From NCBI GenBank assembly GCA_963700635.1, contig CAVOYH010000003.1, positions 1,376,001-1,440,000 on the forward strand: 64,000 bases of DNA, written 5' to 3'. Every line of letters starts with the position of its first letter. Within the stretch, counting starts at the first letter, position 1. Shown here one piece after another: positions 1-11,225 of this stretch. This DNA is from an uncultured Bacteroidota bacterium. GTDB lineage: Bacteria; Bacteroidota; Ignavibacteria; UBA10030; UBA6906. Made by a program: the position numbers and the translations under genes. The notes under the pieces are model-generated. The model did not search any database. It saw only the letters and a program-made list of their open reading frames with translations, and was not told the DNA's origin.

Positions 1-1
1 C

Positions 2-1414
2 TTTTCGGTCACACGCGACATCACCGAGAGGAACCGGACCGATCAGGCTCTGCGCAGAAGCGAGGAGGCGTACCGGCACCTTATTGAGACCATGCCGGAC
101 GGTGTGTACAAGAGCACACATGAAGGTAGATTCCTTGAAGTCAATCCTGCCATGTTAACGATCCTTGGATACTCTTCAAAAGAAGAACTGCTGGCCATCC
201 ACATTCCCACCCAGCTCTATTTTGCACCGACAGACCGGGAAAGTGCGGCGCTGGAAGAGCAGCTGGAAGAAATGGCCGTGTTCCGACTGAGGAAGAAGGA
301 TGGAACGGAGGTGTGGGTGGAAGACCATGGACGGCATGTGCTGGATGAAAAGGGGAACGTGTTGTATCACGAAGGTATTTTGCGGGACGTAACTGAACGC
401 CGACGGGATGAGGATAAACTGCGGGCGAGCGAGGAACGGATCAGGGCGATCATTGAGGGGACGCCGCAGTTGTTCTTTTATACCCAGGATGAAGAAGCAA
501 ACACAACATATGTATCACCAACGGTCGAAGCAATCACGGGATATACGCCGGATGTCTGGGTAAAAAGGAGGGATTGGTTCATCACGGATGCCCCGATGAA
601 CCAACTGGCAATCCGGGAGACACACGCCCGCCTGCGCGGAGAGAGCTCTGAAGGTCGACAGCTCGTGGAGATCCAACACCGCGAAGGACATCGGATCCTG
701 CTCGAGGTCTATGAACATCCCATCATTCAGAACGAAAAGGTGACCGGTCTGCAGGGAGTGGCGCATGATATCACCGATCGCGCGCGAGCGGAGGATGCGC
801 TTGTGCGCTCACTCAAGGAAAAGGAAGTTCTTCTCAAGGAGATCCACCACCGGGTAAAGAACAATCTCCAGGTTATATGCAGCATGTTGAACATGCAGGC
901 ATCAGAGGTCGCGGATGCCGCTGTCAGCGCAGCGCTGCAGGAGGCACAGGCCCGCGTCCTTTCCATGGCATTGATCCATGAACGTCTTTACGGCGTAGCG
1001 GATTTTGCCCGGATTGATCTTTTTGAGTACAGCCAGAGCCTTCTTGCACACCTTGCACGGACCTGGAGGCGTGCCGGAGTCGATGTACGGGTCCAGGGCG
1101 GCCAGACCTTTGTCGGGGTTGACGCCGCAATTCCCTGCGGATTGATACTGAACGAACTCGTCACAAACGCTCTCAAACATGCGTTTGTTGGAAAAGAGAA
1201 TGGCCGGGTGGAAGTGACCATCCAGCGAAGAAACGACGGGGAGGTGGAAATGGGCGTCCAGGACGACGGCATCGGTTTCCCCCCGGACAAGGAATTTATC
1301 CGGATGGGATCGATGGGAATGACGCTTGTGACGCATCTTGTTGAGCAACTGTCGGGTACACTTACCCTCGAGAAGTCAGCCGGAACACGTTTTGTGATCG
1401 TCTTCCGGGCGTGA
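2..1414 (+). CDS. Multi-PAS sensor histidine kinase (HisKA_2 type), 5'-truncated by the window edge
   Basis: Frame is open from base 2. PAS/PAC ends (RDITER, RDVTER, HDITDR), H-box EIHHRVKNNLQ, N-box NELVTNALKHAF and G-box DDGIG. Confidence 0.9.
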   Translation, partial: FSVTRDITERNRTDQALRRSEEAYRHLIETMPDGVYKSTHEGRFLEVNPAMLTILGYSSKEELLAIHIPTQLYFAPTDRESAALEEQLEEMAVFRLRKKDGTEVWVEDHGRHVLDEKGNVLYHEGILRDVTERRRDEDKLRASEERIRAIIEGTPQLFFYTQDEEANTTYVSPTVEAITGYTPDVWVKRRDWFITDAPMNQLAIRETHARLRGESSEGRQLVEIQHREGHRILLEVYEHPIIQNEKVTGLQGVAHDITDRARAEDALVRSLKEKEVLLKEIHHRVKNNLQVICSMLNMQASEVADAAVSAALQEAQARVLSMALIHERLYGVADFARIDLFEYSQSLLAHLARTWRRAGVDVRVQGGQTFVGVDAAIPCGLILNELVTNALKHAFVGKENGRVEVTIQRRNDGEVEMGVQDDGIGFPPDKEFIRMGSMGMTLVTHLVEQLSGTLTLEKSAGTRFVIVFRA

Positions 1415-1465
1415 TGGTGCAGGGTAATGTCCATGGAAAACACATCTGAGCATCGAGGAGGACGC

Positions 1466-2020
1466 ATGTCGGCGAAAACGTTTCTTGTGGCGGTTGTTCT
1501 GTTCCACCTGGGTCTGATGAGTAGTTCTATGGCGCAACAGCAGCAAGGGGATGTGGAGCTGCAGTTGCAGGGTTCCTTCTTCACCACGGTGGGTGCAGAC
1601 ATCACGAACAGCGTCGGCACGATTGCCGGGAAAGTCGGCCCATATATCACGGCAAACATACAGGTCGGGATCGGACCAACGCTGACGATTGCCACAAACA
1701 CTTCCACAGCCCGTGAAGTGGCGTCGGGCCCGCTGGTCACAACCACCAAAACGAATGTGACATTTGGCAGCACGATATTTGCGGTGTATTCTTTCCTCTT
1801 CCCTGACGCCCGGACGGTTCCGTATGTCGGCGCATCCTACTACAAACGCGATTTCAGCAATGGTGCTGACCGCGGGTGGATTGGCGGCAATGGTGGCGCA
1901 AAGTTCTTTTTCACAAAAAGGGCAGCCGCCGACCTGAGCGTCAACTATCTTACCAGTCTGAACAAGGAAACGAAGGGCGGACTCCTGCTCTTTGCATTTG
2001 GACTCAGCTTGCTCTTTTGA
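1466..2020 (+). CDS. Outer-membrane beta-barrel protein, function unknown
   Basis: GAGGAGG RBS before ATG 1466, signal peptide, alternating beta-strand pattern (VPYVGASY) and C-terminal Phe. Confidence 0.65.
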   Translation: MSAKTFLVAVVLFHLGLMSSSMAQQQQGDVELQLQGSFFTTVGADITNSVGTIAGKVGPYITANIQVGIGPTLTIATNTSTAREVASGPLVTTTKTNVTFGSTIFAVYSFLFPDARTVPYVGASYYKRDFSNGADRGWIGGNGGAKFFFTKRAAADLSVNYLTSLNKETKGGLLLFAFGLSLLF

Positions 2021-2179
2021 GTTGTTTCCCGGCGGTTTCCGGGTCTGTTACTCCATTGTCTCCCCTTAAGAGGGATCCTGCCCAGCAGGAACCCATCTTC
2101 GGTTTCTCCTGTTAAGGTAGTACGGTATCGGTGGGAGATATCTTCCCGCAGACTGGCAAAAACCTTGACGGAGGAGCAG

Positions 2180-2839
2180 ATGAGGCGAAGAGTTCAGTCG
2201 TGGTATTCCACAGTGTTGCCCGGAGCAGGCATTCTGATGATGCTGTTCCTGCCTGTGGAAACTGGAGCAACAGTGCACGTTATCGAGTTCGGTGGAGTCC
2301 TCGGAAACACCTATTCACCGAACATCCTCTCGGTTTCGGTCGGCGACACTATCCGCTGGCAGGGGACGTTCGACTCTCATCCGGTCCGCTCTACGATCAT
2401 ACCGGCAGGCGCTGAGAGCTGGTCCAACGGCTCCGGAACGGCGTTCATCTACATTGTGCCCCTTCCCGGGACGTACAACTACACCTGCGATTTCCATGGC
2501 CCATCAATGAGCGGATCCTTCACCGCCGCTGTCAGTAGTCTAAACGGAGACACCGGATCACGACAGCCCGGGGAGTACGCGCTCGGGCAAAACTATCCCA
2601 ATCCGTTTAATCCCACCACGACAATTACCTATACACTCCAGGGTCCGCAGCCTGCCAGGGTGAAACTCGCGGTGTATAACCTTCTCAGCCAGGAGGTGGC
2701 GGTTCTGGTAAACGAGACCCAGAGCGCAGGCTCCCACACGGTTACGTTTAACGCTGCAGGACTTTCGAGCGGAATTTACCTGTACACGCTGACTGCCGCC
2801 GGAATCGACCGTACGCGCCGGATGGTACTCCTGCGGTGA
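2180..2839 (+). CDS. Plastocyanin-like type-1 copper protein with T9SS C-terminal domain
   Basis: Signal peptide; SHPV...YTCDFHGPSMSG supplies the H/C/H/M ligands; C-terminus [11 protein letters not shown]...SGIYLY...MVLLR; GGAGGAG RBS. Confidence 0.85.
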   Translation: MRRRVQSWYSTVLPGAGILMMLFLPVETGATVHVIEFGGVLGNTYSPNILSVSVGDTIRWQGTFDSHPVRSTIIPAGAESWSNGSGTAFIYIVPLPGTYNYTCDFHGPSMSGSFTAAVSSLNGDTGSRQPGEYALGQNYPNPFNPTTTITYTLQGPQPARVKLAVYNLLSQEVAVLVNETQSAGSHTVTFNAAGLSSGIYLYTLTAAGIDRTRRMVLLR

Positions 2840-2965
2840 CGCTGGAATCGGTTCCGCAGGGATTAACTCCTTTTCCATCCTTTTGGGTGATTGAATTGGG
2901 AGGGCGCCCCGGTTAGATTATAGCGGGGGGAGTCTGCGCTATTTCTTACGTAAAGGTCCTTCAGA

Positions 2966-4447
2966 ATGAACATCCTCCTCGTTTGCCCGGAATATCCGGA
3001 CAGTTTCTGGTCGTTCAAACACGCGCTCCGGTTCATTTCCAAAAAGGTCGGTCAACCCCCTCTGGGGTTGCTGACCGTTGCAGCTCTCCTTCCGGCGGCG
3101 TGGAATAAGAAACTGGTCGATCTTAATGTTACGGGACTCTCAGATGAGGATCTCCGGTGGGCAGACTATGTCTTTCTCGGGGGGATGTCGGTCCAGGCAG
3201 AATCTGCCCGGTACGTTATCACACAGTGTAATAAGATGGGGACGCCGGTCGTCGCGGGTGGACCGTTGTTCACGGCCCGGCATGAGGAATTCCCGGGCGT
3301 GGACCACTTTGTCTTGAATGAGGCGGAGATCACACTGCCGCTTTTTCTGGATGACGTGCGACACGGCCGGCCGAAACAGCTTTACACAACTGACAGGTGG
3401 GCGGATCTGGGCTCAACTCCTCTCCCGATGTGGGAACTTCTCGACCGCCGCAAATACGCCACGATGAATATCCAATACTCACGGGGTTGCCCGTACGATT
3501 GTGAGTTCTGTGACATTACCGTGTTGTACGGGCATCAGCCGCGCACAAAATCCGGCACGCAGGTGATTGCGGAGATGGATGCCCTGTACCGGACCGGGTG
3601 GCGCGGCCACGTGTTCTTTGTGGATGATAATTTTATCGGCAACAGGGTAAAGCTGAAGAAGGAAGTTCTGCCCCTCATGATCGAGTGGATGGAAGCGACA
3701 CACTATCCGTTTTCCTTGGGGACCGAAGCCTCACTCAACCTTGCTGATGATCCGGAACTTCTGGGACTGATGGCCCGTGCGGGATTTGAAGAGGTGTTTG
3801 TGGGGATCGAAAGCCCGAACGCAGAAAGTCTGGAGGAATGCAAAAAGATTCCAAATAAGAACCGGGACCTGATCGCAAGTGTGAAGACGCTCCAGAAGGC
3901 TGGCCTGCAGGTTCAGGGAGGTTTTATCGTGGGCTTTGATAATGACCCGCTCTCCATTTTTGACACCCTGATCCGGTTTGTCAAGGAAAGTGGTATCGTC
4001 GTTGCAATGGTGGGGCTTCTGAACGCACCAATCAACACCCGCCTGTATGCCCGGTTACGGAAGGAGGACAGGCTGCTGAAAGTGTTTACGGGGAACAATA
4101 CAGATTTTTCGATGAATTTTGTCCCGAAAATGAACCGTCAGGCTCTTCTCGACGGGTACCGGAAAATCCTCGGGACGATCTACTCACCGAAAGAGTACTA
4201 CCAGCGGGTCACCGATTTTCTGAAGACCCATGAACCACTCCGGCACCACGAGGCTCCTTTTCGTTTTGCGCATCTGCACGCGCTGTCAAAGTCGATGCTG
4301 TTGCTCGGTATCATGGGCAAAGAGCGGGTCTACTATTGGAAGCTCTTTTTCTGGTCGTTGTTCCGTCGGCCGCGTCATTTTTCGACTGCCATCACGCTTG
4401 CCATTTACGGGTTCCACTTCCGGCGGGTTTTCCAGCAGTACCTCTAA
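2966..4447 (+). CDS. B12-binding radical SAM protein (DUF4070 C-terminus)
   Basis: N-terminal cobalamin-binding region (PPLGLLTVA, VAGGP), CxxxCxxC motif RGCPYDCEFC, FFVDDNF and FIVGFD. Confidence 0.9.
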   Translation: MNILLVCPEYPDSFWSFKHALRFISKKVGQPPLGLLTVAALLPAAWNKKLVDLNVTGLSDEDLRWADYVFLGGMSVQAESARYVITQCNKMGTPVVAGGPLFTARHEEFPGVDHFVLNEAEITLPLFLDDVRHGRPKQLYTTDRWADLGSTPLPMWELLDRRKYATMNIQYSRGCPYDCEFCDITVLYGHQPRTKSGTQVIAEMDALYRTGWRGHVFFVDDNFIGNRVKLKKEVLPLMIEWMEATHYPFSLGTEASLNLADDPELLGLMARAGFEEVFVGIESPNAESLEECKKIPNKNRDLIASVKTLQKAGLQVQGGFIVGFDNDPLSIFDTLIRFVKESGIVVAMVGLLNAPINTRLYARLRKEDRLLKVFTGNNTDFSMNFVPKMNRQALLDGYRKILGTIYSPKEYYQRVTDFLKTHEPLRHHEAPFRFAHLHALSKSMLLLGIMGKERVYYWKLFFWSLFRRPRHFSTAITLAIYGFHFRRVFQQYL

Positions 4448-4464
4448 GTTTTTTCATTATCCCC

Positions 4465-4493
4465 TTGACAATTATCTATGAGTCCGTTATATT
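4465..4493 (+). promoter_or_regulatory. Sigma70-type promoter of the nar-act operon
   Basis: TTGACA (4465-4470), 17 bp spacer, TATATT (4488-4493). Confidence 0.75.
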
Positions 4494-4604
4494 CCGACAA
4501 AAGAGTCTGATATATAGATCTGAATTTGGACCGGTTTTGTTGAGCCGGGCGGGTGTTTGATACCAGTGTCTTTTAAGTTCCTTATTTCAGACTAATCGGT
4601 CTGA
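4493..4604. promoter_or_regulatory. Two copies of a palindromic operator TCnGAC-N6-GTCTGA
   Basis: TCCGAC-AAAAGA-GTCTGA at 4493-4510 and TCAGAC-TAATCG-GTCTGA at 4587-4604, both with AT-rich flanks. Confidence 0.65.
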
Positions 4605-4628
4605 TTATCCGTAAAGGAGGCCAGCGCT

Positions 4629-5513
4629 GTGTCTGCCACCACTTTGTTCCCCAGCATCTGCTTAGGGCAGCGTGTTCACCGCCTCGCGTGGATACTTCCG
4701 TCTGCTCTCCTTCTTACCCTTCCGGCGTTCGCCCAGGATCCCGCAGCTGACTTCCGCTCCAACTGTATGAGCTGCCATACCATCGGTGGTGGCCGGCTTA
4801 CAGGACCGGATCTTCAACACGTTACGCAACGTAAGGACCGTGCGTGGTTGACGCAATTCATACAAGATCCTAAATCGAGCATCGATGCCGGCGATCCGTA
4901 CGCCCTTGAGTTGCTCAGGAACTCACGCGGTGTGATCATGCCCGCGTTGCAGGGGATGACAAATGCCCGGGCGGGGGCATTGCTCGATCTGATCGATGCA
5001 GAGTCGATGCTGGCCCGATCCCAGTTTGCCGGCCTGCAGATCAGCGAACGGCCGTTTACTCCGCGGGATGTGGAGCTGGGACGCGGCATCTTCGAGGGCT
5101 CCGTCTCGCTTATCAACGGCGGCCCCTCCTGTATCTCGTGCCATGCCGTGCAGGGATTGGCGCTCTTCGGCGGTGGCACACTCGCCCCCGACCTGACAAC
5201 TGTGCTTGAACGATATCAGGGCCGGAAGATCCTTTCTACATGGCTCTCAGCACCTGCAACACCCACCATGAGTTCGGTCTATAAAACACATCCGCTTCAG
5301 GGTGATGAAGTGCTCGCACTTGTTGCGTATTTCCAGAGTACCCTCGCACGTAATCCCGACGACGTTTCCCCGGCCCGGCTCAACTTCATCCTCATCGGTC
5401 TGGTCGGAACACTTCTTGTCCTGGGTCTTCTGGATATCGTCTGGAGCAAACGCCTTCGTTCCGTGCGCCGCGCCATGGTGAGAGACAAACGATTGGAGGT
5501 TGTCAATGAGTAA
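4629..5513 (+). CDS. narC: Membrane-anchored diheme cytochrome c (NarC-like)
   Basis: AAGGAGG RBS, signal peptide, CMSCH and CISCH heme motifs, C-terminal TM helix; overlaps the narG start. Confidence 0.8.
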   Translation: MSATTLFPSICLGQRVHRLAWILPSALLLTLPAFAQDPAADFRSNCMSCHTIGGGRLTGPDLQHVTQRKDRAWLTQFIQDPKSSIDAGDPYALELLRNSRGVIMPALQGMTNARAGALLDLIDAESMLARSQFAGLQISERPFTPRDVELGRGIFEGSVSLINGGPSCISCHAVQGLALFGGGTLAPDLTTVLERYQGRKILSTWLSAPATPTMSSVYKTHPLQGDEVLALVAYFQSTLARNPDDVSPARLNFILIGLVGTLLVLGLLDIVWSKRLRSVRRAMVRDKRLEVVNE

Positions 5514-8500
5514 CAACGACAAGGTAAGCTGGATCAAAGACGAAGAAGATGTACACCTGCGGAGCTGGGAAGAATTTTATCGCAACCGCTGGCAGCACGA
5601 TAAAGTCGTGAGGAGCACTCACGGTGTGAACTGCACGGGCAGTTGCACCTGGATGATTCATGTCAAGGATGGTATTGTGACATGGGAAATGCAGGGACTT
5701 GATTATCCTTCGCTGGAACACGGTCTGCCCCCGTATGAACCTCGGGGATGTCAGCGCGGAATCTCCTTTTCCTGGTACCTGTACAGTCCGTTGCGCGTGA
5801 AGTACCCGTACATCCGGGGCGCATTGCTCGACCTCTGGCGCAAGGCACGGGCAGAACACGAAGATCCCGTGGAAGCGTGGAAATCGCTCGTCACTGATCC
5901 TGAATCGCGCGGCCGCTGGCAACGCGCACGGGGAAAAGGCGGATTCCGCCGTGCCAGCTGGGAGGAGGCACTGGAGATCACGGCTGCCGCAAACATTCAC
6001 ACCATCAAAACGCACGGCCCGGACCGTATCGCGGGTTTCTCCCCGATTCCCGCGATGTCCATGGTCAGTTACGCGGCGGGCGCCCGTCTGATGCAACTGC
6101 TGGGCGGCATCTCCCTTTCGTTCTATGATTGGTACTGCGACCTTCCCCCGGCATCACCCGAAACGTGGGGAGAGCAGACTGATGTGCAGGAATCGGCCGA
6201 TTGGTATAACGCCAAACTGCTTGCCGTCATGGGGTCCAACCTGAACATGACCCGGACGCCCGACTGCCACTTCGCGGCGGAAGCGCGTCACAACGGCACA
6301 AAAATGTACGTCTTCTCCCCCGATTTCAGCCAGGTTGCAAAATATGCCGACCACTGGGTGTCGGTGAACGCCGGACAGGACGGTGCGTGGTGGATGGCCG
6401 TCAATCATGTACTACTCAAAGAATTCCACCATGACAAGCAGACTCCGTATTTTCTTGACTACACGAAGAAGTTTACCGACGCGCCGTATCTTGTCGAGCT
6501 GACTGACGATGGGGGGGTGTATGAGGCAGGTCAGCTTCTTCGCGCCGGCCGCCTGCAGAAATACGCCGACGCCGAACACGGTGAATGGAAATTCCTCATG
6601 TGGGATGAGACGTCGCAGGCGATGAAGATGCCGATGGGCAGTTCGGGCTTCCGGTGGGGAGCGGAAAAAGGGAAATGGAATCTGCTGCTCCGTGATGGTG
6701 TTGATGGCACCGCCATCGATCCCCAGCTGACTTTTCTGAAAGATTCTGAAACGACGCTCCCGGTCCGTTTTGACAACTTTGCCGATGCCACAAGCCACAC
6801 GCGCCATGTACCGGTGAAATTTGTCACAACGAAAGACGGGAAGAGGGTTGCTGTTGCCACCGTCTATGACATCCTCATGGCTCAGTACGGCGTACCCCGC
6901 GGTTTGCCGGGAGATTACCCCGCCGATTACGATGACAGGGACAAACCCTTCACACCTGCGTGGTCGGAGAAGTACACAGGTATTGACCGGAAGGATCTTC
7001 TGAAGTTTGCGCGGGAATGGGGCAGTACCGCCATGCACACCAACGGCAAGTGCACCATCATCATCGGGGCAGGGATCAACCACTGGTATCACGCCAACCT
7101 GATGTACCGCGCCGGAATCCATGCACTAATGTTCTGCGGATGTATCGGTGTGAACGGCGGTGGCCTCGCGCACTACGTCGGGCAGGAGAAACTTGCACCC
7201 GGAGAACCCTGGGGCGCCATCGCATTTGCCAAGGACTGGTACGGACCGTCCCGCCAGCAAAATGCACCGAGCTGGCACTATGTGCATACAGACCAGTGGC
7301 GGTACGAAAGAGGGTTCACCGATTATCACACGGTGCCGGCGAAACAATCACCCGGTTCGCTCGCCCAGGGTCATACGATGGATGTGCAGGTGAAAGCCGT
7401 CCGCAACGGATGGCTCCCGTTCTATCCGCAGTTTAACCGGAATCCCCTGGATCTCGCGCGTGAAATGGAAGCCGGCGGTCTGACGAAACCGGACGAAATG
7501 GTCAACCAGGTCGTCAACCAGCTTACGAACCGCACACTCAAGTTCGCCGTTGAGGATCCGGATGCATCGGAAAACTGGCCCCGTGTCTGGTACATCTGGC
7601 GCGGCAACGCCCTCATGGCCAGCAGCAAAGGACATGAATACTTCCTTCGCCATTATCTGGGCACCCATGACAATGCTGTCGCCGAAGACATGGCGAAAGA
7701 TTCCGTAAAAGAGGTAACCTGGCACGATAAAGTACCACATGGTAAAATGGATCTTGTGGTGGACCTGAACTTCCGGATGGACACGTCCGCACTGTATTCT
7801 GACATCGTCCTGCCGGCGGCGACCTGGTATGAGAAGGCCGATCTCAACTCGACGGACATGCACAGTTTTATCCATCCACTCTCGGCGGCTGTCCCTCCGT
7901 GCTGGGAGTCGAAAAGCGACTGGGATATCTTCAAAGCAATCGCCAGAAAATTCTCCGAGCTTGCAGCCAATCACTTTCCCCATCCTGTCAGAGATATCGT
8001 CGCCACCCCGCTGGCCCACGATTCTGCCGCGGAGATCGCTCAGCCACAGATCAGGGATTGGATAACGGGTGAGGTGGAAGCGATTCCCGGCAAGAGTATG
8101 CCCAAACTGACGGTCGTGACGCGTGACTACAAGCATGTCTACGACCAGTATATCGCGCTCGGCCCTCTGGTGAAGAAAAACGGGCTGAACGCTCATGGCA
8201 CGGCCTATGCCATCGATGACTTCTACGATCATATGCTCGAGACAGGCCCGACGGTGTCCATCGATGGAACATCCTATCCGTCGTTGCTCAGGGACGTTGA
8301 TGTGTGTGACGCCATCCTGCAGCTTGCCACCGTGACGAACGGCGAGCTTGCATACCGCTCGTACAAGAACATGGAGGAGAAGGTCGGCCTGCCGCTTGCA
8401 CAGCTTGCCGAAAAGAACCGGGGCGTGCGCATCTCCTACCGGGAGCTGCAGGGCCGGCCCATGCGGCTCCTGAACAGTCCGATGTGGTCGGGACTGACGG

Positions 8501-9150
8501 AAAACGGACGGGCCTATTCGCCGTTCACCTACAACAAGGAAGCCCTGGTGCCGTGGCGGACATTAACCGGCCGGCAGCATTTTTATCTCGATCATCCAGG
8601 GTACATTCAATTCGGCGAACATCTTCCCACGTACAAGCCCAAGCCGGCACCCGTGCATTATGCCGACCTCCGCTTCACAAAGGAAGCCGGCGCATCGATG
8701 ATGTTGAACTTCCTGACCCCCCACGGCAAGTGGCATATCCACTCGACCTATGGCGACAATCAGCGTATGACGACTCTCTCGCGCGGGGTGGAACCGTTCT
8801 GGATTAACGACAAAGACGCGGCAGATATCGGTGTGAACGATAATGACTGGGTAGAAGTGTACAATGACCATGGTGTTGTGGTGACCCGCGCCGCGGTCAG
8901 CGCCCGAATCCCCCGCGGCATCTGCATCATCTATCACTCCCCGGAACGAACGTACTCGGTTCCGAAGTCCCCGCTCCGCAACAACCGGCGGGCAGGCGGG
9001 CACAACAGTCTTACCCGTACCCGTCTGAAACCGAACTTGATGGTGGGTGGATACGGACAGTTTACGTTCCACTTCAATTACTGGGGTCCCGTCGGGTGTA
9101 ATCGTGATACGCATGTGCTGGTGCGGAAATGCCCGGAAGTGATCTGGTGA
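5506..9150 (+). CDS. narG: Nitrate reductase / nitrite oxidoreductase alpha subunit (Mo-bisPGD), cytoplasm-facing
   Basis: [11 protein letters not shown]...[10 protein letters not shown]0 motif, [21 protein letters not shown]; no twin-arginine signal; GGAGG RBS before ATG 5506. Confidence 0.97.
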   Translation: MSNNDKVSWIKDEEDVHLRSWEEFYRNRWQHDKVVRSTHGVNCTGSCTWMIHVKDGIVTWEMQGLDYPSLEHGLPPYEPRGCQRGISFSWYLYSPLRVKYPYIRGALLDLWRKARAEHEDPVEAWKSLVTDPESRGRWQRARGKGGFRRASWEEALEITAAANIHTIKTHGPDRIAGFSPIPAMSMVSYAAGARLMQLLGGISLSFYDWYCDLPPASPETWGEQTDVQESADWYNAKLLAVMGSNLNMTRTPDCHFAAEARHNGTKMYVFSPDFSQVAKYADHWVSVNAGQDGAWWMAVNHVLLKEFHHDKQTPYFLDYTKKFTDAPYLVELTDDGGVYEAGQLLRAGRLQKYADAEHGEWKFLMWDETSQAMKMPMGSSGFRWGAEKGKWNLLLRDGVDGTAIDPQLTFLKDSETTLPVRFDNFADATSHTRHVPVKFVTTKDGKRVAVATVYDILMAQYGVPRGLPGDYPADYDDRDKPFTPAWSEKYTGIDRKDLLKFAREWGSTAMHTNGKCTIIIGAGINHWYHANLMYRAGIHALMFCGCIGVNGGGLAHYVGQEKLAPGEPWGAIAFAKDWYGPSRQQNAPSWHYVHTDQWRYERGFTDYHTVPAKQSPGSLAQGHTMDVQVKAVRNGWLPFYPQFNRNPLDLAREMEAGGLTKPDEMVNQVVNQLTNRTLKFAVEDPDASENWPRVWYIWRGNALMASSKGHEYFLRHYLGTHDNAVAEDMAKDSVKEVTWHDKVPHGKMDLVVDLNFRMDTSALYSDIVLPAATWYEKADLNSTDMHSFIHPLSAAVPPCWESKSDWDIFKAIARKFSELAANHFPHPVRDIVATPLAHDSAAEIAQPQIRDWITGEVEAIPGKSMPKLTVVTRDYKHVYDQYIALGPLVKKNGLNAHGTAYAIDDFYDHMLETGPTVSIDGTSYPSLLRDVDVCDAILQLATVTNGELAYRSYKNMEEKVGLPLAQLAEKNRGVRISYRELQGRPMRLLNSPMWSGLTENGRAYSPFTYNKEALVPWRTLTGRQHFYLDHPGYIQFGEHLPTYKPKPAPVHYADLRFTKEAGASMMLNFLTPHGKWHIHSTYGDNQRMTTLSRGVEPFWINDKDAADIGVNDNDWVEVYNDHGVVVTRAAVSARIPRGICIIYHSPERTYSVPKSPLRNNRRAGGHNSLTRTRLKPNLMVGGYGQFTFHFNYWGPVGCNRDTHVLVRKCPEVIW

Positions 9151-9177
9151 CCATGCGGTGAACAAGGAGAACTCAGC

Positions 9178-10667
9178 ATGAACGTTCGGTCTCAAATCTC
9201 GATGGTGTTTCATCTCGACAAATGTATCGGGTGCCACACATGCAGCATTGCCTGTAAGAATATCTGGACCGACCGGAAGGGAACGGACTACATGTGGTGG
9301 AACAACGTGGAGACGAAACCCGGCACAGGGTTCCCGACGGCATGGGAGGACCAGCAGAAATACCGGGGTGGGTGGGAGTTGAAGGACGGCAAACTGCAGC
9401 TTCGATCCACGAGCAGGGCCAGGACCATCACCAACATTTTTCACAATCCATCCATGCCGAGTATGGATGAATATTACGAGCCCTGGACTTACACATACGG
9501 CGACCTCTTTAATGCCCCCGAAGGCGCCGACCAGCCCGTCGCACGGCCGATCTCACTGGTTACCGGTGAATACATCAATGTTGAGGCCGGACCGAACTGG
9601 GACGACGACCTCGGTGGTTCTCCCGTGTACGCGGAGAATGATCCCAACCTGAAGAACCTCACGCCGGAACAGCGCGAACAGTTGTTCGCCATTGAGCGCC
9701 TGGTCTTCTTCTACTTTCCCCGCATCTGCAACCACTGCCTGAATCCAAGCTGCGTGGCGTCATGCCCCTCGGGTGCTTTGTACAAGCGCGGGGAGGATGG
9801 TATTGTCCTTATTGACCAGAAACGGTGCCGTGGCTGGAGGGCGTGTGTCGCCGCATGCCCCTACAAAAAGTCGTTCTACAACTGGTCGACCGGCAAGTCC
9901 GAAAAGTGTGTGTTGTGTTATCCCCGGCTTGAAACGGGCCAGGCGCCGGCCTGCTTCCATTCGTGTGTCGGCCGCATCCGTTATCTCGGGGTGTTGCTGT
10001 ATGACGCCGACCGCATTGAAGAAGTGGCGAAGTTTCCAGACGACCAGCTGATCGATGCGCACCGGTCCATGGTTCTCAATCCCCACGATCCCGCCGTGAT
10101 AGAAGGCGCGCGGAAGAGCGGTATTCATGACACGGTCATCGAATCGGCACAGATCTCACCCGTCTATAAATTCGTCAAAGAATGGAAACTTGCCCTTCCG
10201 CCGCATATCGAATTCCGGACTCTCCCGATGCTGTTTTATGTCCCCCCCATGTCTCCGGTTATGGCGCAACGCGGGGACGACACGGTCAGCGGCGTGTCCG
10301 GCGAGTTCTTCCATGATATTGAAGATTCTCGCGTGCCCCTTCAGTTTCTGGCCAATCTCTTCGGCGCGGGCCATCAGGGGAAGGTCCTGTATGCCCTGAA
10401 AAAACAAAAAGCGATCCGGACCTACCGGCGGGCGAAGACGGTCGGGGATATTACCATGGACGTTGCTGAGGCGATGCTCCGTGAAGCCGACTGCACGCCG
10501 CAAGAAGCCGAAGCTGTGTACGCACTGACATCCCTCTGTACGTTTGAGGATCGCTTCGTCATTCCACCCATGCACCGTGAAGAAGCAATTGAATTAATGC
10601 GCGACCCGATGGAGCACAAGGGATCAGTCGGGTTTGGCTTTATGGAGCCCCCCGGAGGGGACTGTGA
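9178..10667 (+). CDS. narH: Nitrate reductase beta subunit; apparent 1-nt frameshift at the 3' end
   Basis: LDKCIGCHTCSIACK, PRICNHCLNPSC, CRGWRACV and KCVLCYPR...CFHSC. Adding one C to the C6 run near 10648-10653 gives ...EPPRRGL* at TGA 10665-10667; as given, the ORF runs on to 10776. Confidence 0.93.
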
Positions 10668-11225
10668 TGGCGAACCCAGAAGGACATTCTGGATACGCTT
10701 GCCCGTGTTCTCTCCTATCCGGGCGAGGAGTACGGACATCATGTGGCACGGTGTGTGGAGCTCTGCGGTGCGGTGAAGTGGGAAGACCCAGTTGCCGCCC
10801 GGGCGCTCGTGAGCGCCATGAGAAGTTTCTCCGACGCACTCAATGATCTGTCGGACGGAGAACGCGAGGAGCTCTATACCCGGACCTTTGATATCAATCC
10901 GGTCAGCAGTCTGGAAGTTGGCTGGCATTTGTACGGTGAAAGTTATGAACGGGGAGCTTTTCTTGTGCAGATGAGAGATCTCCTGCGGCGGTGTGGCATC
11001 GAGGAATCCAGCGAGCTGCCCGATCATCTTACCCATACCGTGCTTGCCGTCGGAAGGATGGAAGCAGAGGAAGCCGGTAAGTTCGTTTCCGGCCATCTCC
11101 TGAAGGCCATTGACAAAATGCTTGAGGGGTTTGCCGACAAAGGGAATCCCTATGAGCACGTGTTAACATCAACAAAGCTCGTGCTGACCGAGATCCGTAC
11201 GCAGACTGTTCATCAGGAGGTATGA
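10667..11225 (+). CDS. narJ: Nitrate reductase Mo-cofactor assembly chaperone; apparent frameshift just after the start
   Basis: YTRTFD...HLYGESYERG...ELPDHL motifs. The frame extends upstream as KDILDTLARVLSYPGEEY; ATG 10667 overlaps the corrected narH stop but is one base out of frame. Confidence 0.88.

Noticed and set aside
2025-2160. Cluster of short hairpins before the cupredoxin gene
   Set aside because: Stems are only 4-6 bp in GC-rich DNA and match no riboswitch consensus I recognise.
2966-4447. Hopanoid C-2 methylase HpnP assignment
   Set aside because: Same broad B12 radical SAM family, but no hopanoid genes are in the window, so the substrate cannot be assigned.
10668-10776. C-terminal extension of NarH or a NarH-NarJ fusion
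   Set aside because: Better explained by two 1-nt indels that restore a normal stop/start overlap.
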